Virus record (IMG/VR): IMGVR_UViG_3300025141_000033
Reading direction: 5' to 3' (one strand)
DNA from: an uncultured virus (IMG/VR IMGVR_UViG_3300025141_000033)
Taxonomy: Duplodnaviria > Heunggongvirae > Uroviricota > Caudoviricetes
Length of the DNA: 64,000 nt
A model generated the notes under the pieces. It did no database searches and had not been told where the DNA came from. It saw nothing but the letters and a program-made list of their open reading frames with translations. Of the stretch, positions 28,421 to 36,403 are shown one piece after another (positions within the stretch are counted from its first letter, which is position 1; each line of letters opens with the position of its first letter). The position numbers were made by a program, and so were the translations under genes.

Positions 28421-30404
28421 CCTTGTTCTCCACTGTTTTTTTAGTTTTTTCTTCTAGATCGCTCAATAAATTTCGAAGCGATGTGGGGACCTGGAAGATC
28501 TTTTCTTCTTCGGTTTGTTCCCTTAAAGAATAAGTAGTTTCTTCGGCCTCGTAAATACCTGCGCTTATACCATCCATCTTAGTAAGTGTCTTGAGATCGG
28601 AATAGCCGGGGAGCACGTTGCGAGTGGTAGAGCTGCTCTTTTCTTTGGAATGTTTTGCAGCGTATGATCGAGAGCGGGCTCCGCTCTGTCTCTTATCCAC
28701 CTTTACAGGGTGATAAACTTTCCCTTTTGCGCCAGGGGTGAGGCGAGGGGCGTCACGAGAACCGGGAGGAACCGCGAGGAGAGCTGAGTCGTCTTCTCCC
28801 CCGGCATCGCCTGCTGGCATCTCTTCAGGTCCGCCGAGGTCAAGCTCGCTGGCGCCTTCATCACCAAGATCAAGGTCATTGCCGAGGGCTGCGTCAAGAT
28901 CCCCTCCGAGACTGCCACCGGGAGTGACATCTGTGCCAGCTTCGGCGACTTGCTGGAGAGCAGCGTCGTGGAGCCTATCGTAATACATTTCTCGTTGGTT
29001 GCGGAGGAACTCCTCCTCAGACATATTGAATAGTTTTTGTGCTACCCAGCGGCGGGAGAAGTAACCTTCGTTGGCGGAAGATGCCGTGTCAAATTTCTGC
29101 TTCCAATGCTCAAGCTCTTGAAGCTCTGCGATCTTGGAAGGGTTGTTCAGAGAAAGCTTAAACGAAAGGAGGTCGTCGCCTCGGAAGCCAAGAGTATAGA
29201 GATGGATGACGCCGATCTTTTCAAGTTCAGAGACAATGACTCTCTGCAGCCTCTGGATAGTTCGTGAGAAGCGGATGTCTTTCTGTGCAAGTGTAGTTTT
29301 GTCTTCGGCTGCTCCCTCTCCCATCGCAAGATAAGACTGAGGGATCTTAAGGGCTGCAAAAAGCTTGTCGCGAAGATACTTGATGTCATCGATGTCGGTG
29401 GCGTTCTTACCGCCGGCAAGGTTGGTGATCTCTGTCGCAGAACCTGGGCGGACTGGAATATAGTAGTCTTCTTCGATGCTCATTGGATTGTAGCGGAGGT
29501 CTATACGCCCAGAGGCAGGGTCGACAACGGAGTGTCGCTTAAGCTGTGTGACGATCTTCTGCATGTACTGTTCGACATCTTGGGGTGGCACTGCGCCAAC
29601 ATCGATCTTAAACACGCGGCGCTCAGAGGAACGAACAACGCGGTACGCCATCATAGCGTCTTCCATCAAGACCAACTGGCGCCAGATGCGGCGCGCAGGC
29701 TCAAGGATGGAAGTTCCATATGGTGCGTACTTGTCGTTCCCGAGGACGCGGAAGTGAGAGATTTGCCAGTTTTCGAAAGTCATACCGGCAGTGTTCCACT
29801 GGTATTGGATATAGTTAGGATTGGTAGAATCCATCCCCTCAAGCCTCTCAAGCTCCTGCGGGGGCAACGCGAGGACTGACTTGACGCCGAAGTTGTCGTC
29901 GATGTCAAGGTAGAGAAAGAAGTCGCCGTACTTGCACATTGTGCGAGCCCAGCCGAAAAGGTTATATTGAACGTTGAGAACGCTCTCGTAAAGAACATCG
30001 AGGACAGCACGGATTTCTTCGTTGGGACAAGAGATGTTAAGCATCGGACGAAGATCAGAGTATGTCGTCATTTCATCTGCATAAATATCCATCGTGGACG
30101 CGATCTCTGGATAATACTCCATCTGATCGAAGTCAACATACCGCTCGGAGCGGCGTTGGTTTGCAATGGCGTTGGTGGCAAGAACGTCAAGAGGATTGTA
30201 AAGAGTCTTCTTGAACTGCTGTCCTGAGGTGGATTTGAACCTTGTTGAAAACTTGTCTAGATGCTGACGGCGAATGCGTCGGCCCGACTGTGAGCGATAG
30301 TTTACGATAGGACCCGAGAAGAGCCTCGTCAAAGCCTTGAAAAGTTTTGTCTCGCTGTTTGCTGGGTTTTTGCCCTGATTTATATTGCGTTTACGTTGTG
30401 CCAT
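28410..30404 (-). CDS. Portal protein (T4 gp20-like)
   Basis: PEIAS.MDIYADE, KYGDFF, L.LMEDAM..YRV.R..ERRVF.IDVG and DIRF.R.I.RLQ motifs. Confidence 0.95.
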   Translation of the reverse strand: MAQRKRNINQGKNPANSETKLFKALTRLFSGPIVNYRSQSGRRIRRQHLDKFSTRFKSTSGQQFKKTLYNPLDVLATNAIANQRRSERYVDFDQMEYYPEIASTMDIYADEMTTYSDLRPMLNISCPNEEIRAVLDVLYESVLNVQYNLFGWARTMCKYGDFFLYLDIDDNFGVKSVLALPPQELERLEGMDSTNPNYIQYQWNTAGMTFENWQISHFRVLGNDKYAPYGTSILEPARRIWRQLVLMEDAMMAYRVVRSSERRVFKIDVGAVPPQDVEQYMQKIVTQLKRHSVVDPASGRIDLRYNPMSIEEDYYIPVRPGSATEITNLAGGKNATDIDDIKYLRDKLFAALKIPQSYLAMGEGAAEDKTTLAQKDIRFSRTIQRLQRVIVSELEKIGVIHLYTLGFRGDDLLSFKLSLNNPSKIAELQELEHWKQKFDTASSANEGYFSRRWVAQKLFNMSEEEFLRNQREMYYDRLHDAALQQVAEAGTDVTPGGSLGGDLDAALGNDLDLGDEGASELDLGGPEEMPAGDAGGEDDSALLAVPPGSRDAPRLTPGAKGKVYHPVKVDKRQSGARSRSYAAKHSKEKSSSTTRNVLPGYSDLKTLTKMDGISAGIYEAEETTYSLREQTEEEKIFQVPTSLRNLLSDLEEKTKKTVENKDES

Positions 30405-30412
30405 TTATATTC

Positions 30413-31996
30413 TCACTTAATAATCCATTTGTATTGCTGATAAAGTTGCTCAGCTTCAGTCATCTTATCAAAGATCTCGTTTTTCTTGTAGCCTATTTGC
30501 CCTTTTATTTTAGTATTCATAGTAGTTTTGGAAGTTATAATGGCATCGACGAAAGCTTTCTGATAGTTTAGGTCTCTCGCGCTTGTTTGGACTGCAGTGT
30601 CTCTTACCCAACATCCAATCGCCAGAGCCATGATTAAGTCGTCATGGTATCCTTTCATCGCCTGCGGCTTTCCATTCCTCCAAATAAATGTTTTCATCTC
30701 ATTGATAGTTCGAGATGAATATATCGTAATTAGTTTGTTTCTAATAAACTCTTCTAATTTAGCGACTATGAGAGGGCGAGTCTTCACAGTTGTCGAGAAA
30801 CCAGGGATGGCACTATTGCGCGCCTCTGCTTGATGCTGCTCGATATACTCATGCGTCGACTTCACCGAAAAATATATATTGGGGTATTCATACTCAATTA
30901 ATTTATCAAGCACCGTGTACCCTATGCTATTGTTCTCTACCACCACCATGCAGCCGCCATACTCGCGACCTACTTGATTAAGCATGTTGGCGTATAGATC
31001 GGGGGTAGCTTTTCCTTGGTATTCGCCGACGACTTCAAGTGTCTCCAGCTTGATAATGTGAAAGGTTGAGAAATCGGCTCCATCGCCTCGGGCGACATCA
31101 GCAACCATCAAGTAGTTGAACGATGGATCGTGCTCTTCCCATATCCAAAAATTGCGGTCAAAGCCAGTGCGATGTTTAGGCTCTTTCACGTTCGTAAGCA
31201 ACCAAGTCATCTCTTCTGGTTCGATGACAGTCTCGCCCGAGGTATTGAAGTTACACTCTAACTCTTGGGCTATCTGGCGCTTGGACATATTCTTGGTTTC
31301 TTTCTTGAACCATTCAACATCTCGATCGGGGTGAACGTTCCACGGAAGCGTGGTTAGCTTGAAGTTGTTCGTACCAGCTTCTGAATCAATGCAGGTTTTG
31401 TGAAACCAGTTACCAACACCGTTGGGAGTAGATAGGGCGATGCATCGACCACCTGTTGATAGTGTGGGATACAGACCGGTCCATAGTTCGTCCAAGCCTT
31501 CGATGTGAGCCGCCTCGTCGAGGACGAGCAGTGATAGTGCCTCAGAGCGACCAGCATCGCCGGAGGTGGAGGTAGCTTTGATAGAGGAGCCGTTGGATAG
31601 CTCGAAAGATGTCCTGTTGTCGACATCGATCGTTGCAATCTTCAACCAGTCGGGAAGGTTTCGCATAACGCCTTTAACCTTCTTCACGAGGTTTCCTGCT
31701 GTCGCGAACTTGGTCGCCATAACAAGAATGGATTTATCGCGATGAAAAAGCATCAGCCATACGATGTAGCCGGCGGTGATGGTTGAAATGCCCAGCTGGC
31801 GGCCTTTCAGAATAATATTAAAGCGGTAATCATTAAAGTCTTGTAGAAGGTCGTCTTGGAAGTCATATGTATCAAATAGAATAAGCCCGTGAAGGGGGTG
31901 GGAGATACGAGCATAAGTTTTGAGAAAATATGTGGGGTCTTTACCACACTTAAGTATTTCTCTTACTCTCTCTTTTTTGTCTAACTGAAAGCTCAT
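30413..31996 (-). CDS. terL: Terminase large subunit (T4 gp17-like)
   Basis: Walker A KGRQLGIST, Walker B LLVLDEAAH, STPNG, nuclease ADVARGDGADFS and HDDLIMA. Confidence 0.95.
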   Translation of the reverse strand: MSFQLDKKERVREILKCGKDPTYFLKTYARISHPLHGLILFDTYDFQDDLLQDFNDYRFNIILKGRQLGISTITAGYIVWLMLFHRDKSILVMATKFATAGNLVKKVKGVMRNLPDWLKIATIDVDNRTSFELSNGSSIKATSTSGDAGRSEALSLLVLDEAAHIEGLDELWTGLYPTLSTGGRCIALSTPNGVGNWFHKTCIDSEAGTNNFKLTTLPWNVHPDRDVEWFKKETKNMSKRQIAQELECNFNTSGETVIEPEEMTWLLTNVKEPKHRTGFDRNFWIWEEHDPSFNYLMVADVARGDGADFSTFHIIKLETLEVVGEYQGKATPDLYANMLNQVGREYGGCMVVVENNSIGYTVLDKLIEYEYPNIYFSVKSTHEYIEQHQAEARNSAIPGFSTTVKTRPLIVAKLEEFIRNKLITIYSSRTINEMKTFIWRNGKPQAMKGYHDDLIMALAIGCWVRDTAVQTSARDLNYQKAFVDAIITSKTTMNTKIKGQIGYKKNEIFDKMTEAEQLYQQYKWIIK

Positions 31997-32343
31997 GCAT
32001 CTTCTTTGTTTTGTGCCTTGACGCTCTTAACACACTTCTCATACTTTTCTTTATCTTCTCTGCCGACTGAGCTTGTGCAGATAGCCCAGGGATTATTTTC
32101 TTTAGCCTCGGACAAAGAGTAAAGAGCGTCAGTTACCATGGCTTGAATTTCGTCGGGGGTAGAGCCGTCGGCGATGAGAGCCATTATCGTATTTTCCAAA
32201 GCCACTTCGTGGTTTGGAGTTTGTTCTGCTTCTGTACCAAAGCCGTGACTCTGTGGCTCTATTACGTCAACAGGGACCCACTCGCTTTCAGCAAGGACCA
32301 CCTCTTTGATGAGCTGGCGAAGTTGTGTTTTAGTGATTTTCAT
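31993..32343 (-). CDS. Small protein with MKITK..L..LIKE leader
   Basis: Starts MKITKTQLRQLIKEVVLAE; C-terminal NPWAICT...KCVKSVK. Confidence 0.65.
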   Translation of the reverse strand: MKITKTQLRQLIKEVVLAESEWVPVDVIEPQSHGFGTEAEQTPNHEVALENTIMALIADGSTPDEIQAMVTDALYSLSEAKENNPWAICTSSVGREDKEKYEKCVKSVKAQNKEDA

Positions 32344-32585
32344 AATTTGTCACCTGTTACATCTCTGTATTCTTTATCCGTTGCCTTTCCATCCTTAAAT
32401 CCGACGGCATATTCTTTACTGCGACCTTTTTGCTTCGGCTTTCCTTCGAATCCATCGGCGTGCCCTTCGTCATAGTCGACATGTTCGGGCTTTCGCTTTG
32501 GCAATCCTTCGTCTTCGTCAAGCTTGAGTGCGGCTTCAATCTCTTCTTTAATGATCTGTTTAAGTTGTTGTTTTGTGATTTTCAT
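32340..32585 (-). CDS. Small protein with MKITK..L..IIKEE leader
   Basis: Start moved to ATG 32585 (ATGA overlap): MKITKQQLKQIIKEEIEA. Confidence 0.65.
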   Translation of the reverse strand: MKITKQQLKQIIKEEIEAALKLDEDEGLPKRKPEHVDYDEGHADGFEGKPKQKGRSKEYAVGFKDGKATDKEYRDVTGDKL

Positions 32586-32872
32586 AATTTTGCTCCTACG
32601 AGGGCGGCGATGATGGCCATGATGATTGCTATTGTTTGTGGTGTCAATACAGCGGATAGCCATCGAGCGAATGTGCTCTTGCCAGCGTGCGGGTCTTTAG
32701 TTGCTTCTTTGAGTTGCTCTAAGGCTTCTTTCATATAAGCCGAATTAACCTTATCCATCTCATGATGACCGATCAGATCTCTATAAGTTCTGGCGCCTTC
32801 AACCTTAAGATCGGCAATACCATCTTCTAGCTTGCCAATTCGCATATACAAATCTTTTTCTGCTTCAGACAT
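32582..32872 (-). CDS. Coiled-coil protein with a C-terminal membrane anchor
   Basis: 96 aa; CAGGAG RBS; ends IAIIMAIIAALVGAKL. Confidence 0.6.
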   Translation of the reverse strand: MSEAEKDLYMRIGKLEDGIADLKVEGARTYRDLIGHHEMDKVNSAYMKEALEQLKEATKDPHAGKSTFARWLSAVLTPQTIAIIMAIIAALVGAKL

Positions 32873-32921
32873 TTAACTGTTCTCCTGTGGTATTGCTAAA
32901 TTGTTGTTTTGTGATTCTCAT
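32865..32921 (-). pseudogene. Truncated leader remnant MRITKQQFSNTTGEQLNV*
   Basis: AAGGA RBS; 23/24-nt identity with the start region of 32340..32585. Confidence 0.45.
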
Positions 32922-32932
32922 AATATTATTCC

Positions 32933-34114
32933 TTAGTCGTCGAGTCCGTTCATAGATAGGATAGCTATGAGCCCAGGTACGTTTTTACGAACATAAACTC
33001 CCGAAAAAAGTGTCTCACAGCGGCCGCCAACATACGCGATGGCGGACTCGATATTCTTGCTGACTCTTGGGTCAGAGACCATCTCTTCGGACGCCACAAG
33101 AATAAGTGTCCCAGCTGCTGCCTTGCCCTTGGGGGGAGGGCAGGATGATCTTGTCATACAGTTGTGGAGGATCATAGAGCCAAGCTTTCCTGTAGCGGGG
33201 TCTTTGATCATCGTGGAGCCGTAGAAGGCTCTGCCTGCATTGTTTAGGCAGGTCTCTAAGTCCCTGCTATCGTAGGATTGGATAGGGGAGTCCTCCGAGG
33301 ACAGCTTTAAAATCTGTGCTATCGACTTTGCGAACTGAGTATTGGCTACTGGGTACATGCCCAACATACCTATTCTTCCACGAAGGAGGCGAGTTGAGCG
33401 TTCGTTATCAAGGACGATGTTTGAATGGTGAGACACGTCGTTCACCAGTGATAGCGCATTGCGAGCGATGGTTGGGTTAAGGCTCTCTTGTGCGGTTGGC
33501 CAAGAAACAACATAGATGACCCTACCGGTCGCAGACACTGATTTCATGTAGCGCTCGAAGACTGGGTGGAGCGCGGTCACAGAACTTCCCGTCCCGCCGC
33601 CGCCGCCAGCCATCACAAATAACCAGTCGACCTTACCGAGTTTGATGCGGAGTTCGTCTTCGACGATAGCGCCGTTCTGGGTGAGGACCTCCTTGCCGTA
33701 TTCGATGTTCTTGCCAATGCCGTCAGCGTCTGGGATGAGCACGACGTGTTCTTCTTCTACACTCTTTGGAATGTCCTTGCCGGTTGTGTTGATGAGCAAG
33801 GTCTTGTTGAAACCAAGTTGAAGGAAGGCGTTAGCCATTTTGTTTCCAGCGCCACCAACGCCGACAAAACCGACGTTCAAAGAAGAGGGTGCGGTGTTCT
33901 CGGGGAGTAAGTCCTCGTCAGAGAACTCCATCTGCAGTCCAAAGTCCTCAACCATTCCGAAATCTTCTGCGGAAACCTTCTCATGATATGTGTCTATTTC
34001 TTGTGCAAAAGACGGGGGAGGCTCTGCGGGGAGCATGAAGTCAAATTCGTTAGTCTTCTTCTTCGTTGCTTTCTTCTTCTTGGTTGTGGTCGGCTTGGTT
34101 TCTTTTTTGGCCAT
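32933..34114 (-). CDS. Tubulin/FtsZ-family GTPase (PhuZ/TubZ-like)
   Basis: GVGGAGNKMA, INT, GIGKN...G, tubulin signature GGGGGTGS, LDNE, and a YDSRD T7-like loop. Confidence 0.9.
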   Translation of the reverse strand: MAKKETKPTTTKKKKATKKKTNEFDFMLPAEPPPSFAQEIDTYHEKVSAEDFGMVEDFGLQMEFSDEDLLPENTAPSSLNVGFVGVGGAGNKMANAFLQLGFNKTLLINTTGKDIPKSVEEEHVVLIPDADGIGKNIEYGKEVLTQNGAIVEDELRIKLGKVDWLFVMAGGGGGTGSSVTALHPVFERYMKSVSATGRVIYVVSWPTAQESLNPTIARNALSLVNDVSHHSNIVLDNERSTRLLRGRIGMLGMYPVANTQFAKSIAQILKLSSEDSPIQSYDSRDLETCLNNAGRAFYGSTMIKDPATGKLGSMILHNCMTRSSCPPPKGKAAAGTLILVASEEMVSDPRVSKNIESAIAYVGGRCETLFSGVYVRKNVPGLIAILSMNGLDD

Positions 34115-34116
34115 TT

Positions 34117-34653
34117 CTATTCCTTGTTGCGGGTGTCATTCTCAGGGCGTTTGCCGTCCCAGCCACCTTGATCAAGGAAAGATTTCCAGCCTGCTTCCAT
34201 AGTGTCGGAAGAGGGGGCATCGTTCTGCATAGCCTCGTCTAAGCCGCCAACCTTATAATGTTGTTTGGCTGTGACCCAGGAGCGCACACGGGAGGAGTTC
34301 TCAACGCGGACATCAATCTCGTCTTCTTTGGTAAGAGCGACGGACTCGCCTGTGATCTTTCTGTATTCCTTCTTGAGGAAGGAGGCGATGTCAGCAATTT
34401 TCTGCTCAACCTCACCTTCGAAGCCGTTAGCATAGACTTCCTTGAGTTGTACCTCGGAGTGATACCCGATGCACATCATATTGCCGTAGAATTTGACGTT
34501 AAATCCGTCCATAACTCGCTTGTCGAGGAGGGCGTTGCCTTCCTCTCTTTGAAGACCAGCAGCAATAGGTGTGCCGTCCTCGTTCAGGGCGCCATCGTGT
34601 GCGTTTGCGGCCGCCTGGGAAAGCCCCTGTACTATTTCATAAACTGTTGCCAT
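34117..34653 (-). CDS. Hypothetical protein
   Basis: 178-aa ORF with a GGAG RBS, tightly packed in the operon. Confidence 0.6.
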   Translation of the reverse strand: MATVYEIVQGLSQAAANAHDGALNEDGTPIAAGLQREEGNALLDKRVMDGFNVKFYGNMMCIGYHSEVQLKEVYANGFEGEVEQKIADIASFLKKEYRKITGESVALTKEDEIDVRVENSSRVRSWVTAKQHYKVGGLDEAMQNDAPSSDTMEAGWKSFLDQGGWDGKRPENDTRNKE

Positions 34654-35026
34654 TGTTTGGTCTCCATCCTTTTAACCATCTCTCCTCCCTTCCTTCGATG
34701 TATTGAATGTAGCAGTTATGGCAGCATTCAAACTTGACGAAGCAAACGTCATCCAACGATATCTTTGGAAAAATTCCACAGACAGGACAACTGGTTAGAG
34801 ATTCACTATTAAGTAGCTTTTTGGAAATCTTTATGCCGTTTATGTCTACTTTTTCTTGGTGCTCTTCACGTTTCCTTATTTTTTTCACGCGGGCATCCAC
34901 TTCTTTAATATGCTTCTTTTCCTTATCCTCATCCCAATTCGCGTGTGGGTTCTGGATGGTTTCGGCGCCATACTTGTCTTTTATGGCTTTCTCGATAGCA
35001 GCTATTCGGTTTGTGTCATTCTTCAT
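34637..35026 (-). CDS. Zn-finger protein
   Basis: Start moved to ATG 35026 (TAATG overlap); CPVC...CCHNC near the C-terminus. Confidence 0.6.
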   Translation of the reverse strand: MKNDTNRIAAIEKAIKDKYGAETIQNPHANWDEDKEKKHIKEVDARVKKIRKREEHQEKVDINGIKISKKLLNSESLTSCPVCGIFPKISLDDVCFVKFECCHNCYIQYIEGREERWLKGWRPNNGNSL

Positions 35027-35445
35027 TATTTCTCCAAATACTTGACGGTTATAATGGCGGCGGCTGCTCCTGTTGCGATGCCAGCGCCATACCAAACACC
35101 GTGGTTGGAAGGAGAAACTGATTTCAAGCTTTCTCGCAGTTGTCCGATCTCAGTGTCCTTCTGGTTTACGATGAGTTTGTACTCTTCCTTCAGAGAGTCG
35201 TATCGAATATCACAATTTTCTATTGCGAGATCGTGTTCAATGGTTTGCTTGCCAAGCTCGTAAGCAACTCGTTCATTGCACTTCTGCTCTTCAACTGCGG
35301 CTTGTGAGAGAAGCTCGGCTGTGGCGATTGGGTCAAAGAGAGTCCCTTCGAACGGAGCGGGTTCGTCGACACCAATGAAGGTAAACTTACCAGGGTCAAG
35401 TGCTTGTGCCGAAAGCGACATTATTAGTAGTAATTCAAGGAGCAT
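35026..35445 (-). CDS. Secreted/membrane protein, candidate second spanin component
   Basis: Signal peptide MLLELLLIMSLSAQA, coiled coil, C-terminal hydrophobic segment; overlaps the upstream i-spanin-like gene. Confidence 0.45.
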   Translation of the reverse strand: MLLELLLIMSLSAQALDPGKFTFIGVDEPAPFEGTLFDPIATAELLSQAAVEEQKCNERVAYELGKQTIEHDLAIENCDIRYDSLKEEYKLIVNQKDTEIGQLRESLKSVSPSNHGVWYGAGIATGAAAAIITVKYLEK

Positions 35446-35821
35446 GGTTAAACCCATATATTTTGTTTATCTCTTCTGCAAGGGCTGCCTGATCATCTTT
35501 AAACTGTCTGGTATAATCTGCCCTTTTGATCTCGCGGTCTTTCTCAATATCATCAAGAATGTTGTCATATTGCTGCTCAAGATCCTCAAGCTTCTGCTTG
35601 TATTCGTCTATTGCCCTTTGGCGGCGTGCGAGTTCCTCTTCGTGTATGCTACGGAGACCGTCTATCTGCTGTTCAAGCGAAGCAACGCTGGTTTCGTATG
35701 CTTCCTCCAGCTTCTTATAGTCATAGCGGAACTTGCCAACAACCATCAAAACCATAACCACAAAAAGAACTGTCTTCCAGTTCTTCAGTAAATATTTGAT
35801 AATGGCAGCAGTATCTATCAT
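35435..35821 (-). CDS. i-spanin-like protein
   Basis: One N-terminal TM segment followed by a long charged coiled coil. Confidence 0.55.
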   Translation of the reverse strand: MIDTAAIIKYLLKNWKTVLFVVMVLMVVGKFRYDYKKLEEAYETSVASLEQQIDGLRSIHEEELARRQRAIDEYKQKLEDLEQQYDNILDDIEKDREIKRADYTRQFKDDQAALAEEINKIYGFNHAP

Positions 35822-36015
35822 TCAAGCCCTTTCAGTCTTGCGATGGCGTCGATGGTACCCTGAACACCAATAAAGATGCCAGTGATGATTACCCAGTCTC
35901 CCGACTCAAGGTGCCCAGCTGCGGCAAGACCAGTCGCGGTAAGCCACGCGAGGAATTTACGTGAGATCATTTTCTCAACAAGTTTGTCTGCTTTTCCCTG
36001 TACATATGCCATCAT
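35818..36015 (-). CDS. Holin-like small membrane protein
   Basis: 65 aa; SRKF followed by two hydrophobic segments; tandem Met-Met start. Confidence 0.55.
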   Translation of the reverse strand: MMAYVQGKADKLVEKMISRKFLAWLTATGLAAAGHLESGDWVIITGIFIGVQGTIDAIARLKGLE

Positions 36016-36053
36016 TCAACACCTCCTATGGTTTGTGCGTTTAGTGATCTCTT

Positions 36054-36332
36054 CTATCTTTTACCGAACTTATTTACGTCTTCTTTCTCTGTAAAATCCA
36101 GCTCGTTAATGACGGTAATCTTCTTCTTCTCTAGCTTTTCGGCTAGTTTCTGAATGTTTTCGTCTGACTCTAAATAGTTTCGAGTTTCTAAAACATACTC
36201 TTCCAAAGCTGACACATATTCTAAGAAGCTATGGATGTCGTCAAAATTAACTTTTCTTGTTTTCTTCTCGTTCATGACGCCATCCAACTTTGAGTCGTAT
36301 GGAAGAATGATAAAACGGCGGTCACTTAACAT
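36054..36332 (-). CDS. Hypothetical protein
   Basis: 92-aa ORF with a GAGGG RBS. Confidence 0.5.
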   Translation of the reverse strand: MLSDRRFIILPYDSKLDGVMNEKKTRKVNFDDIHSFLEYVSALEEYVLETRNYLESDENIQKLAEKLEKKKITVINELDFTEKEDVNKFGKR

Positions 36333-36403
36333 TGGGTATCCCTCTAATATTAACTATCACCTGTTCCGCCGGAAGCCTATTTTTAAATATTGCTGTTTTG
36401 TTC

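Noticed and set aside
32933..34114. Claim of a nucleus-forming phage
   Set aside because: Tubulin alone is not sufficient, and I cannot recognise a chimallin or multisubunit RNA polymerase gene in this window.
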